Shown: piece by piece, positions 1-13,540 of the stretch
Layout: each line of letters starts with the position of its first letter
Numbering within the stretch: position 1 is the first letter of the stretch
Assembly (NCBI GenBank): GCA_009914755.4
Contig: CP068257.2
Coordinates: 8,768,001-8,832,000, forward strand
Reading direction: 5' to 3'
Source: the human T2T-CHM13v2.0 reference genome, Homo sapiens
Length of the DNA: 64,000 nucleotides
The notes under the pieces: model-generated
Seen by the model: the letters and a program-made list of their open reading frames with translations, nothing else
Told to the model about the DNA's origin: nothing
Databases searched by the model: none
Position numbers and translations under genes: made by a program

Positions 1-3
1 GAC

Positions 4-342
4 TTGGCTCATATTTACATTCGACGCACACTTAGAAATTTCATAAATGATGAGATGCAGGCCAAGGGGATTCCTCAAAGGGCTCCACCCAAAAGGAAAA
101 GAAAGAGAGTTAAACAGAGAATTACCACTTACGTATTTGTGGGTAATCAGCTTATTCCTCAGCCTCTAGACAGGGAGGAGGATGAAAAAATGGAAGAAAA
201 TAATAAAGAAGAGGAAGAAAAAGGTCACAGTGAAGCGATGAAGCCAGAGAAGCCACCTCAAAATTTACTGAGAGAAAAAATCATGAAGCTGCCCCTCCCT
301 GAATCTTTAAAAGCTTACTTGACATATTTTAGAGACAAATAA
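4..342 (+). CDS. Open reading frame running in from the window edge, possibly a 3'-terminal coding exon or pseudogene fragment. It is lysine/glutamate-rich with a KRKRKRVK basic patch. Product not recognised.
   Basis: Frame is open from position 1. Stop at 340-342. AATAAA at 495-500 about 150 nt downstream with no poly(A) tract, so genomic rather than a retrocopy. No repeat signature. Confidence 0.2.
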   Translation: MAHIYIRRTLRNFINDEMQAKGIPQRAPPKRKRKRVKQRITTYVFVGNQLIPQPLDREEDEKMEENNKEEEEKGHSEAMKPEKPPQNLLREKIMKLPLPESLKAYLTYFRDK

Positions 343-494
343 CTTAGATCAAGAAGAAAGAATGCCTACTGATAATTCCTTTGGTCTTGAAAATGTAGCA
401 TTTGTTAGGAATTAAAAGAATTATTTCATCAGAGCAAATTATAGTGGAAAAAATATCACTTGTTACTGTCAGTAACATAAATGATGTATGAGTG

Positions 495-500
495 AATAAA
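495..500 (+). promoter_or_regulatory. Canonical AATAAA polyadenylation hexamer downstream of the ORF at 4..342
   Basis: Sequence gagtgAATAAAagaatccc. The position fits a short 3'UTR. Confidence 0.2.
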
Positions 501-1269
501 AGAATCCCTTTTATAAAATCTATTTTTCTTTAAATCTTGGAAAATTGTTGTTTCACCTCAGAGTGATTTCAAAGTGGAATGTAACAGTAGTCAAGACTTG
601 TGTGCTATAAATCCTTTTCTGATTCCTTACGGATCTCGTTCATTTTCATGTAGAAAACGAGAGCGAAACTACAGAGAAAAGAAAGGCCCAGTGCATCAGG
701 GCCTGAAGAGGGATTCCTGTTTCCTGCAACATGGGGAGTCTCCACTATGGCCTGTTTCCAAACAGGGAACTGGAAAGGAGAGCGAAGACACGATGCTGTT
801 TTTCCACGGTTCTCTGGAGGTTTCTGTGTCCCCAGAGAGCTCGGGAAACAAACAGTCAACATGGTCACGCTTTCGGGGGCCAGAGATGCATGAGCAACAG
901 GTCCCCTTGCAGAAGGCAAAGGAACGTGGAACCCGAAACCACGCTTCAGTCGGCCTGAGTGTGACTCCTGTGTGGACGAGACTATCCACCTAGCGCTCCG
1001 TTGCAGGCTCAACGTGGGGCTATCTCATCTGTGAACCATGTGGATGAAAAATGGACAATCACCCGAGTCTCGGCTCATTGCTCTCTGGGCAATTCCCTCA
1101 TTCCTTGGGAGACGAAATTCGGCTGAATCGCTCTTGGATGAAGTAACCCAGGCTGGCGATCCAGAGGGCCGGTGAGAGCCCCGCAGGCCGACGCGGCTGT
1201 GGGCCGAGCACTTAGCCTGCACTGTGCACCCAACATTTTCCCGGAGTGCAAGATCCTGGTGGTCCTGGA

Positions 1270-1520
1270 GGCAGAAGACTGCTTTTCTCTCTGCCTTCCT
1301 CTCTCTGTTTCTTGCTCCCTCCCTCCCTCTTTCCCCCCGTCCCTCCCGCAGTTCCTCCCCGCCTTCCCTTCCTCCCTCCCTCCTTCCCTCTCTCCTTCCT
1401 TCTATCCCTCCATCCTTTCCAAGGTCCCTCGGTCCATCCGTTCTTTCCTCCCTCCATCGCTCCCTCCCTCTCTGTCTCCGTTCCTCTCCCCATCTCTGCC
1501 TGAGTTCCCTCCCGCGTAGA
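1270..1520 (+). repeat. Polypyrimidine (CT-rich, tccctccc-type) low-complexity tract
   Basis: About 250 bp of C/T only on the + strand. This is the source of the spurious proline/serine ORFs at 1172-1565. Confidence 0.85.
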
Positions 1521-1549
1521 AAGGGCAGCACCCCGGTTTGCGCGGGGTC

Positions 1550-2800
1550 TCGGGTCTGCATTTAGCTGTCAGGCGCTCCACGGTGATGCCGAGGAAGCTG
1601 GTGGGGCAAGGGTAGGCGAGTGACGGTGTGGCGGGGATGCAGAGTTGGCGAGACGCGGAAAGAAGAACAGACCTGGCACCTGCCCGGGCCAGTGTTTCCC
1701 GGGATGGAGGTCTCCGCCCGCCCCACTGAAGAACGCGGTGGGGGGCAAGAGGGAAGTGATGAGAACTCCACCTAGGCTAGTTAGAAAACCTAGGCTACTG
1801 CCTGCTAACTCGCGCATGAGCAGTAGACAGTCCGCCTCCCGGTACCTGGAGGGGCCCTGGGATCCCCGGGATGCTCAGAAAAGAATGACAGCCCTCCTCT
1901 GAGTGGAGTCTCTCACGGGACCTGGAACTCAGGGATCCTAGGCAGGTCAGCTGGAAGGGAAGACACGCCTCTCCATACCGAGTCAGAGGTTCACCGTGAA
2001 AGAGAGGCCGCCGCCCTGCCCCTACCCAGCCCCAGCCCCGCGTCCTAAAGCTCCTCCAGCACAGCCCGCTATTCTTCCTGGCTGAGGAGTGGTTCCAGCG
2101 GAGCGGGCTCTTCCACGTCCTTCAGCTCCCCCAGTGGCGCCGGATCTAGGAAAAGTTGTGCCTTTTGCTGGAACTCTGGGGTTTACTGGCAGGGGGTTTA
2201 CTGGCTGGGGGTGAGTGTAGATGAGCGCCCCGGCTCCTGGAGCGGTTGGGAGGCGCCTGGATGGCTTGCATATGTGCTTGACCCGGAGGCCTCTGAGGTC
2301 GCGAGCTTCGGAAGTGGAGGTGCCCCGTCTTCAGTTTCCCACGCCGCCCTGGCAACCTGGGGCTCCAGCCCCACCGCGGACTCTGGTGGGATGTGGGTGG
2401 CGCAAACATACTTTGCCCCTGTGACTCAGCTTGAGGGTACCCAAGCTGTCCCACTGAGCATGCACCCAGCAGGCCGCTGTGCTGCGGGTCCTGGTCCTCC
2501 TGGCATTTTTTGGGGTGCGGAGGCCACCGAGGAGTCTGAGGGTGGGACAGTCCTACTTCTAGAGGGGCCAGGGCAGCAAACACAAAATCCCCGCGTGCCG
2601 GGGCACGTTGAGAGATTCCTTCTGCCTGCGCAGCCTGGCTAGGCTGGAGCGGTGGGACCGCCCTTGCTCCCTGGCTCACGAAAGCCCCCTGTGGGAGAGC
2701 CCCAGGCATGCAGGGTGTGTGGGGTGCGGCAAGCCCTGTTCCCCATGCCCCGGTGTGGGTGAACTCGATTGAGGAGGGAGGAGGATGACATCCGCCGGGG
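1550..2800. promoter_or_regulatory. CpG-island-like GC-rich segment of unknown function
   Basis: High G+C and many CpG dinucleotides (gcgcggggtctcggg, ggtcgcgagcttcgg, gccgccgccc), in contrast to the CpG-depleted flanks and the decayed rDNA copy downstream. Confidence 0.35.
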
Positions 2801-3085
2801 GTGTTAATTAGTAAGCACAGTGGCCTCAAAGAGCTCAAATGAAAGGAAGAATTGCACGTCTCTCACTTGAAGTCCAGAGCTAGAAATGATTAAGCATAGT
2901 GAAGATGTAAAATTTTCATCGCTAGAGAGATGTCCACACTTGGCTTCAAAACTTCAAAGGATGGGCTGACTCTCTTTAAGGACCACTGCAGTTGGTGACT
3001 TTAAGTTACAGCCAGTGCTCATTGACCACTCTGAAAATCTCACGGCCGTTAGGAATTATGCAAAATCTATTCTTTCTGTGCTCTA

Positions 3086-3550
<465 letters not shown>

Positions 3551-5782
3551 GGAAAGAAAAGAAAAAAAGAAAAATATTGCTGCTTATTGACAATTCACCT
3601 AGCTACCCAAAAGCTTAGATGGAGATGTACTTGGAAATTAATATTATTTTCATGGCTGCTAATACAATATCTATCTTTCAGCCTGTGGATCAAGGAGTGG
3701 TTTTGACTTTCAAGTGTTTTTATTAAATAATAAATGCATTTTGTAAAGGTATAGCTGTCATAGATACTAATTTCTTTGATGAATCTGGATAAACTGAATT
3801 GAAAACCTTTTGGAAAGGTTTCACCATTAATCCTTTCATGATATTTCAACCTCTTCACGTGAATCAAAAATGTCCTTAATAGCAAATGTCATTAAGGACA
3901 TTTGTGATTGATGGGAGGAGGTTGAAATATCAACATTAACAGGAGTTTGGAAGAAGTTGATTCCAGCCCTCATGGAAGACTTTGAAGGCTCAGGATGTCA
4001 GTGGAGGAAGTCCCTACAGATGTGGTAGAAATCGCAAGACAACCAGAATTAGAATTAGGGCCTTTAGATGAGATTAAATTGCTGTAAACTCATGATGAAA
4101 CTTGAGCATCTGGGGAGTTGCTTCTTATGGATGAGCAAAGAAAATATTTTCTTGAGATGGAATCTACTCCAGGTGGAGATGCTACGAACATTGTTGAAAT
4201 AACAACAAAGCGTTTAGAATATTCCATAAACCTAGTTGATAAAGCAGCAGCAGGGTTTGAGAGGGTTTACTCCAATTTTGAAAGAAGTTCTACTGTGGAT
4301 AAAATGCTATCAAACAGCATCAACATGCTACAGGGAAATCTTTTGTGAAAGGAACAAACTTCATTGTTTTAAGAAATTGACACAAGCACCCAACCTTCAG
4401 CAGCCCCCACACTGATCAGTCAGCAGCCATCAACATAGAGGCAAGACCCTCACTGTAAGAGAAAAGAAAGAGAGATCAGACTGTTACTGTGTCTACATAG
4501 AAAGGAAAGACGTAAGAGACTCCATTTTGAAAAAGACTTGTACTTTAAACAATTGCTTTGCTGAGATGTTGTTAATTTGTAGCTTTGCCCCAGCCACTTT
4601 GCCCCAGCCACTTTGACTCAACCTGGAGCTCACAAAAACATGTGTTGTATGAAATCAAGGTTTAAGGGATCTAGGGCTGTGCAGGATGTGCCTTGTTAAC
4701 AAAATATTTACAAGCAGTATACTTGGTAAAAGTCATCGCCATTCTCTAGTCTCAATAAACGAGGGGCACAATGCACTGCAGAAAGCCGCAGGGACCTCTG
4801 CTCTTGAAAGCGGGATATTGTCCAAGGTTTCTCCCCATGTGATAGCCTGAAATATGGCCTCATGGGATGAGAAAGACCTGACTGTCCCCCAGCCCGACAC
4901 CCGGTAAGGGTCTGTGCTGAGGTGGATTAGTAAAAGAGGAAAGCCTCTTGCAGTTGAGATAGAGGAAGGCCACTGTCTCCTGGCTGCCCCTGGGAACTGA
5001 ATGTCTCAGTATAAAACCTGATTGTACATTTGTTCAATTCTGAGATAAGAGAAAAACCGCCCTATGGTGGGAGGTGAGACATGTTTGCAGTAATGCTGCT
5101 TTGTTATTCTTTACTCCACTGAGATGTTTGGGTGGAGAGAAACATAAATCTGGCTTACATGCACGTCCACTCATAGTACCTTCCCTTGAACTTAATTATG
5201 ACATAGATTTTTTTGCTCACATGTTTTTTGCTGACCTTCTCCTTATTATCACCCTACTCTCCTACTACATTCCTTTTTGCTGAAATAATGAAAATAATAA
5301 GCAATAAAAACTGAGGGAACTCAGAGGCCGGTGCCTGTGCAGGCCCTTGGTATGCTGAGCGCCGGTCCCCTGGGCCTACTGTTGTTTCTCTATACTTTGT
5401 CTCTGTGTCTTACTTCTTTTCTCAGTCTCTTGTCCCACCTGACTAGAAATACCCACAAGTCTGGAGGGGTGGGCCACCCCTTCACTCACCAGCAAAAAGA
5501 TTATGACTTGGTAAGGCTCAGATATTCATTAGTATTTTTCAGCAATTAGGTATTTTAAGTTAAGGTATGTACATAGTTTTGTAGACATAATGCGATTACT
5601 AATTAATTAATTAATTAATAATTATTAAATACTCATTAGACTACAACATAGTTTAAGCATAACTTTTATAAGCACTGGGAAACAAAGTGTTTATGCGACT
5701 AACTTGTTTGTAACATTTACCTTCTTGTGGTTGTCTGGAACCAAACCCACACTATCTCTGAGTATGCTTGTAGGTTTTTGGT

Positions 5783-6252
<470 letters not shown>

Positions 6253-6555
6253 GCCTTTTCTTTCTAGTGGCACAAGCCCCATGGAGTGTGGTGCGTCTGA
6301 TCTCCGATGCTTTTGAACAGTGTAGAAAGTATTGCTGTCTGAATTTAATTTTTTACTACATGTATGGTCTCGATCGACCACAAGAAGATCAATAAGCCCT
6401 TCTCCTTATTCTACTTCCCTTTCTAGCAATGGAGACCTTTGATTGGATTTTTCCTGCCTACAGACAGGAATGAGTCTGCTGTTTTCTTTTTTAAACCCGA
6501 GGGGACTGAGCCTGAGGGCCTCGAGCGCGGCCACCCTCCCCCAACCCCCAACTGG

Positions 6556-6660
6556 TGATTGTGGTGGTGGTGGTTTTGTGTTCCAGCTTCTGTTCTGTTG
6601 TTGTTGTTGCTGCTGGTGGTGCTGTCGTCATTGTTTTGGTATTTTACAGACTCAGGGGGT
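6556..6660 (+). repeat. (TGG)n/(TTG)n/(CTG)n low-complexity
   Basis: tggtggtggtggttttg...ttgttgttgttgctgctggtggtg. Confidence 0.8.
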
Positions 6661-6989
6661 GTACGTGCTTGTTTGTTAGAAAGGCCTACTGCTGCCTCCA
6701 GTTGTAGAAGTGGACCTCCAGTGTATCCGATACCCACGTGGCGAACATTGTCTCCGACGGGGCGATTTATTCATCCCTCGTCCCCCTCTTACCCTCCTCC
6801 TCCCTTTTGGAGTGTCTGCTATTTCCATCTTGATGACCGTGTGCGTACCCACTGTTTACCTCCCACTTGTAAGCAGAAGACAGTTCACTGGGTACACACT
6901 TGCTTCCAGCTCTATCCATATTGTGGGAAAAGAGGTGAAATCGCTCTTTTTTGTGCCTGCACCATTGGAGAATTTTAACTTTCTTGGTG

Positions 6990-7080
6990 GTTGTTTTCCT
7001 TTTTCCTTTTCTTTTCTTTTCTTTTTTTTTTAATTTCTTTTCTTTTCTTTCTTCCTCCTCCTCCTCCTTCTTTTTTTCAT
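6990..7080 (+). repeat. T-rich/(TTTTC)n/(CTC)n low-complexity
   Basis: ttttccttttcttttctttt...tcctcctcctcct. Confidence 0.8.
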
Positions 7081-8015
7081 TGCTTTCAGCTGGGCTCTCC
7101 TACTTGTGTTGCTCAGTTGCTCGGGCTTGTCTCAAACTCCTGGCCTTGACACTTCTCCCGTCACATCCACCGTCTAGTTGTTGAAATGAGCATCTCTTTT
7201 AAAATTGAAAAGATGAAAAAAATAAAGAGAAAGACAAAAAGCACGGGGTGAACGTTTCTCTTGCTGCCTCCCAGCGTGTACCTTGGACCCCATAGGAGGG
7301 AGGGAGCTTGGCTGGGTGGGTTTTCGGTGCTAAATCCTCCCGAGGGCCTCCTTCCCTCTTCCTCTTGTCCCCGCTTCTCTCCCAGCCAAGGCTCCCACCG
7401 CCGCGATGGGATTTTCCATGGGAGAGGTATGGGAGAGGACTGACGTGGCTTCCAGATCTATATCCTGCCAGACATCTCTGGCTCAGCATCCCCCACCAGC
7501 TGCCTGCCACCTTCCAGGGAGCTCTGAGGCCGATGCCCCTCCCCCCTTCACATCCCGCCACCCTCCTCCAGCTGGCCTTTGCCCGGCGACCCCAAGGGAA
7601 GGACGCTGATGCTGCTTTGGAATCCTGCAGCGAAGACTTCCACCAGATGCCCCGGGTGGGCCAGATGGGATGGACTGGATCACCCCGGACCGTGCTGTTC
7701 TTGGGGATGGGTTGACGTACAGGGTGGACTGGCAGCCCCAGCATTGTAAAGGGTGCACAGGTATGGAAATGTCACATAGGATGCCCTCCTTTCCCTCAGC
7801 CTGCCTTCAGCTTCCTCAGGCATGAAGACAACTTCCCATCAGAACCTCTTTTCTTCCCTTTCTCCACCACACAGACGAGACCCATGAGAGGGAGAAACAG
7901 CTCAATAGATACTGCTGACCTTCATTTGTGGAATCCTCAGTCATCTACAGACAAAGAGGTGACTAGACAGGGACCCAAATCAAACACCATTTCCGGGTCC
8001 TCATGGTGGGATTGG

Positions 8016-8074
<59 letters not shown>
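8016..8074 (+). repeat. Compound (CT)n(CA)n microsatellite
   Basis: (ct)12 immediately followed by (ca)17. Confidence 0.95.
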
Positions 8075-8076
<2 letters not shown>

Positions 8077-8202
8077 TTCCACATCTAGTTCACAAACCAC
8101 ACTAATTTACACTTTTCACATTATGCAGTCTGAGTAAAACCCACCCCACCCTCCACCCAGCTACTGACGAAACCCCTTCTCTACAACTTATTAAAAAGAT
8201 TA

Positions 8203-8490
<288 letters not shown>

Positions 8491-8517
8491 ATCATAATAT
8501 TGTTATAAGATGGGTTG

Positions 8518-8640
8518 TGCGTGCTGATACCCGCCTGTAGTCACAGCTACTCGGGAGGCTGAGACAAGGAGAAGATCACTTGAGGCCCCACAGGTCGAGG
8601 CTTCAGTCAGCTGTATCCTGGGTAGTCACTAGTCAAAGAG
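8518..8640 (+). mobile_element. Alu fragment (right arm)
   Basis: gcctgtagtcacagctactcgggaggctgaga.... Confidence 0.7.
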
Positions 8641-8654
8641 ATATGCCCCTCCCC

Positions 8655-8868
8655 GTTTTCTTTTCTTTTCTTTTCTTTTCTTTTCTTTTCTTTTCTTTTC
8701 TTTTCTTTTCTTTTCTTTTCTTCTTTTCTTTTCTCTCTTCTTTTTTCTTCTCTCTTCTTCCTTCCTTTCTTTCTTCTTTCTTTCTCTCGCTCTCTCTCTT
8801 TCTTTCTTTCTCTCTTTCTTTCTCTTCTTTCTTTCTTTCCCTTTCTTTCTTTCCCTTTCTTTCTTTCC

Positions 8869-8922
<54 letters not shown>

Positions 8923-8937
8923 CTTTTTCTTTCTTTC
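8655..8937 (+). repeat. Long (TTTTC)n to (TTTC)n tetra/penta-nucleotide microsatellite (GAAA-type)
   Basis: About 280 bp of ttttc/tttc units with interruptions. This is the source of the spurious F/S/L ORFs and of the minus-strand K/E/R ORF at 8629-9186. Confidence 0.95.
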
Positions 8938-8997
8938 CTGCCTGACTGACTTCCTGCCTTTCTTATTTTCTCCTTTCATCTCTTCCTCCCTTCCTTC

Positions 8998-9063
8998 TTT
9001 CCTCCCGCCTCGGCCTCCCAAAGTGCTGGGATTACTGGCGTGAGGCACCATGCCTGCTTGGCC
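8998..9063 (-). mobile_element. Alu fragment
   Basis: cctcggcctcccaaagtgctgggattactggcgtgaggcaccatgcctg. Confidence 0.75.
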
Positions 9064-9139
9064 TAAAGAGAGACCCTTTGAAAGTAAGACACAGACAGCG
9101 CCTTCTAGTGATCTGATTGATTGATTGACTGATTTAGAA

Positions 9140-9285
9140 ACAGTGTCTCGCTCTGTCACCCTGGCAGTGGTGCCATCATAACTCACTCACTGCAGCGTGG
9201 AAGCTCCTGGATTCAAGTGATCCTTCCACCTCAGCCTCCAGAGTAGAGTACCTGGGACCACAGGCATGCGCCACTGTGCCCAGAT
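9140..9285 (-). mobile_element. Alu fragment (right arm)
   Basis: gtgtctcgctctgtcaccctggcagtggtgc...caggcatgcgccactgtgcccag. Confidence 0.8.
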
Positions 9286-9299
9286 CATTTTTATTTATT

Positions 9300-9595
9300 T
9301 ATTTATTTTTTCCCGAGACAGAGTTTCGTTCTTGTTGCCCAGACTGGAGTGCAATGGTGCGATCTTGGCCACTGCAGCCTCTGCCTCCCGGGTTCAAGCG
9401 ATTCTCCTGCGTCAGCCTCCCGAGTAGCTGGGATTGCAGGCATGCGCCAACACGTCTGGCTGATTTTGTATTGTTAGTAGAGACGGGGCTTCTCCGTGTT
9501 GGTCAGGCTGGTCTCAAACTCCCGACCTCAGGTGATCTGCCCTCCTCGGCCTCCCAAAGTGCCGGGATGGCAGACGTGAGCCACTGCTCCTGGCC
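9300..9595 (-). mobile_element. Alu SINE, full length
   Basis: tcccgagacagagtttcgttcttgttgcccag...gagccactgctcctggcc. Confidence 0.9.
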
Positions 9596-9616
9596 TTCAT
9601 TTTTATATGTTTTTCC

Positions 9617-9706
9617 ACAGACAGGGTCTCATCATTTTGTTGCAACCCTCCTGACCCGGCGTCTCAAAGTGCTGGCGTGACGGGCGTGAGACACTGCGCC
9701 TGGTCT
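9617..9706 (-). mobile_element. Alu fragment with internal deletion
   Basis: cagacagggtctcatcattttgttgc...gggcgtgagacactgcgcctggtc. Confidence 0.65.
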
Positions 9707-9729
9707 CCGGGGAATGATTCACGACCATG

Positions 9730-9870
9730 ACCGCTGTACTAATTCTTTCTTTCTTCTTTCTTTCTTTCATTGATGAATTTTTTTATTATTGATTGATTGA
9801 TTGATTGATTGATTTTGAGACAGAGTCTCGCTCTGGTCGAGGCGAGGCGAGGCGAGGCGAGGTGCATCGC
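9730..9870 (+). repeat. Compound simple repeats (TTTC)n, (GATT)n and (GGCGA)n with an embedded Alu-start fragment
   Basis: ctttctttc / gattgattgattgatt / gaggcgaggcgaggcgaggcgagg. Confidence 0.8.
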
Positions 9871-10593
9871 TTTGGAAGACACAGCACCGCCTTCTAAAGC
9901 CCCATTCAAATGCACAAAGCCCTATTTCCTTCCTGGAGTTGGAGCTGATGCCTTCCATCGCCTTCGGCTTCTCTCCATTCAGAAGTTTTACAGGCGCAAT
10001 CCCACCCAGAGGCTGGCTGTGGCTGAGGATTAGGGGATGTGGGTGGGGCTGGAAACTTGGTCCCCTATGGTTGCAAGCTCAGCCAAGACATCCCCCGACC
10101 CCCATCGCTTGCTCACCCTTTGAGATCCCCTGACTCCACCGCCTTGGAGGCTGACCTCTTACTTTAATTTGTCTTTCTTCCTTTCCTGCGTTTGAGGAGG
10201 GGATGCAGGAATGAGGGTGTGTATGGGGTGGTGGTGTGGGGTGGGGACGGAGGGGAGCGTCCTAAGGGCCGATTTAGTGTCATGCCTCTTTCACCGCCAC
10301 CGCCGAAGATGACAGCAACAATCAGCTAAATACCGCGTGTTCTCATCCATAAGTGGGAACTTATAGATGACAGTTCTGCGTGGGCAGAACGAGGAGGACC
10401 AGAGAAGCGGGAGCCTACTTGAGGGAGGAGGGGTGGAAGGAAAGACAGCTTCAGGAAAAAACAAAACGAAACAAAACAAGAAAACTGTCAAGTACTGTGC
10501 TGAGTATCTGGCTGATGAAATCATCTGCACACTGAACACCCCCCTGTCAGAAGTTTACCTATGTAACAATCTTGCACATGTATGTTTGAGCAA

Positions 10594-10675
10594 GAAATGA
10601 AAGTTAGGGGAGAAAGAGAGAGAGAGGGAGAGAGAGAGAGAGGGAGAGAGGGAAAGAGAGAGAGAGAGAGAGAAG
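10594..10675 (+). repeat. (GA)n-rich purine microsatellite
   Basis: agagagagagagggagagagagag.... Confidence 0.9.
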
Positions 10676-10764
10676 TTAAACGAAACAGCACCTCCTGTAC
10701 CTGAGTCAGGGGGTTTCCGGCCTTTTGGGGGAACATTCAGCGACAATGCAGTATTTGGGCCTGT

Positions 10765-11062
10765 TCTTTTTCTTTTTTCTTCTTTTCTTTTTTTTGGACT
10801 GAGTCTCTCTCGCTCTGTCACCCAGCCTGCGTTGAAGTGGCGCTCTCTCGGCTCACTGAAACCTCTTCTTCCCGGGTTCCAGTGTTTCTTCTTCGGTAGC
10901 TGGGATTACAGGCGCGCACCACAACAGCCGGCTAATTTTTCTATTTTTAGTAGAGACGGGGTTGCTCCATGTTGGCCACGTTGGTATTGAACTCCTCACC
11001 TCAAGTGATCCACCTTCCTGTGCCTCCCAAAGTTCTGGGACGACAGGCCTGAGCCGCCGGGA
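10765..11062 (-). mobile_element. Alu SINE
   Basis: T-rich tail followed by ggactgagtctctctcgctctgtcacccag...ggcctgagccgccggg. Confidence 0.85.
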
Positions 11063-11225
11063 TTTCAGCCTTTAAAAACAGGAGCCATGACACTTTTCGC
11101 TGCGGCCCTTACACTCAGAATGACGTGTCGTCTCTGCCATAGGTTAACTCCTTGAGTCCCCTATGCCATTGTACTCTAGCCTGGGCAGCAAGAGCGAAAC
11201 TCCGTCCCCCCACCTTCCCGTGCAA

Positions 11226-11272
11226 ATAAATAAATAAATAAATAAATAAACAAACAAATAAATAAAATCTCT
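11226..11272 (+). repeat. (AAAT)n microsatellite. The preceding 40 bp is an Alu 3' end fragment.
   Basis: aaataaataaataaataaataaacaaacaaataaataaa. Confidence 0.9.
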
Positions 11273-11339
11273 ACACATGACCTACAAGTGTGCATTCCCA
11301 TGAGTGATTTCTAAGAAATGACACTGTACACTGAACGCA

Positions 11340-11625
11340 GAAGCCCACGTCTGTCATCCCAGCACTTTGGGAGGCTGAGGTGGGTGGTTCACGAGGTCAG
11401 GAGTTCAAGACCAGCCTAGCCAACATGGTGAAACCCCTTCTCTACTGAAAATACGAAACTGAGTTGGGCGCAGTGGGGCAGGCATGTGTAATCCCAGCTA
11501 CTCGGGAGGTTGAGGCGGGAGAATCGCTTGAACCTCGCAGGCGGAGGTTTCAGTGACCCAGGATGTTGCCACTGCACTACAGCCTCGGTGACAGAGTGAG
11601 ACTTGGTCTCCAAATAAATAAATAT
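11340..11625 (+). mobile_element. Alu SINE (slightly 5' truncated) with an (AAATA)/(GAAAA)n tail to 11690
   Basis: ctgtcatcccagcactttgggaggctgaggtgggtgg...gtgacagagtgagacttggtctc. Confidence 0.9.
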
Positions 11626-11731
11626 ATAAATAAATAAGAAAAAAAGAAAAGAAAAGAAAAGAAAAGAAAAGAAAAGAAAACCAGAAAAGAAATAAAATGA
11701 AAGAAAAGTCACTGTATCGCTACTGGGCTAG

Positions 11732-12712
<981 letters not shown>

Positions 12713-12732
12713 GGACTGTCTCTCTCTTTCTT

Positions 12733-12763
<31 letters not shown>

Positions 12764-13540
12764 GCCTCTCTGTCTGTCTCTCTCTCTCTCTGTCTGTCTC
12801 TCTCTCTCCCTGTCTGTTTCTCTCCCTCTGTCTCTCTCGCTCTCTCTCTCTGTCTCTCTCTCTTGCTGTTTCTTTCTGTCTCTGTCTGTCTCTTTCTCTG
12901 TCTGTCTCTCTCTTTCTTTCTCTCTGTCTCTGTCTCCCTCTGCCTGTGTTTCTCACTGTGTCTGTCTTCTGTCTTACTCTCCTTCTCTGCCTGTCTGTTT
13001 GTCTCTCTCTCCCCCTCTCTTTGTTTCTCTCTCCCTCTCTATCTCTCACTCTCTCCATCTCTCTCTCTGTCTGTTTCTCTCTGTCTGTCTCCATCTTTCT
13101 CTGTCTCTCTGTCTGTCTGTCTCTCTCTCTCTGTCACTCTCCCTCCCTGTCTGTCTGTTTCTCTCTCTTTCTCTGTCTCTGTCTCTCTCTTTCTCTTTCT
13201 CTCTGTCCATCTCTGTCTCTCTTTCTCTGCCTGTCTCTCTCACTGTGCCTGTCTTCTGTCTTACTCTCTTTCTCTGCCTGTCTGTCTGTCTCTCTCTCTC
13301 CCTCCCTTTCTCTCTCTCTCTCTCTATCTCTCTCTCTTTCTGTTTCTCTGTGTCTCTCTCTGTCTGTCTCTGTGTGTCTGTCTGTTTCTCTCTCTTTCTC
13401 TGTCTCTCTCTCTCTTTCTGTTTGTTTCTATCTGTCTCTCTCTCTCTCTGTCTCTCTCCCTCCCTGTCTGTCTGTTTCTCTCTGTCTCTCTCTGTCCATC
13501 TCTGTCTTTCTATGTCTGTCTTTCTGTCAGTCTGTCAGAG
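12713..13540 (+). repeat. CT-rich (TCTC/TGTC)n block B
   Basis: About 830 bp, same unit type as block A. Confidence 0.9.

Noticed and set aside
2146-2838. 230-aa minus-strand ORF
   Set aside because: It lies in the CpG-island-like GC-rich segment. It is P/S/A/R-rich low-complexity with no recognisable domain, and is treated as GC-driven, though the underlying region is flagged as a finding for other reasons.
7199-7744. 181-aa minus-strand ORF and overlapping + ORFs
   Set aside because: It is G/R/P/W-rich with no domain signature and is flanked by simple repeats. It has no coding periodicity or conservation that I can see.
8629-9186. 185-aa highly basic (K/E/R-rich) ORF resembling a nucleolar or charged protein
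   Set aside because: It is the reverse-strand translation of the (TTTC)n/(TTTTC)n microsatellite (GAAA codons giving K/E/R).
10200-10270. G-runs (ggggtggtggtgtggggtggggacggaggggag; also 17500-17535) as potential G-quadruplex motifs
   Set aside because: These are short isolated motifs with no associated promoter, origin or gene context. They are expected by chance in GC-rich stretches.
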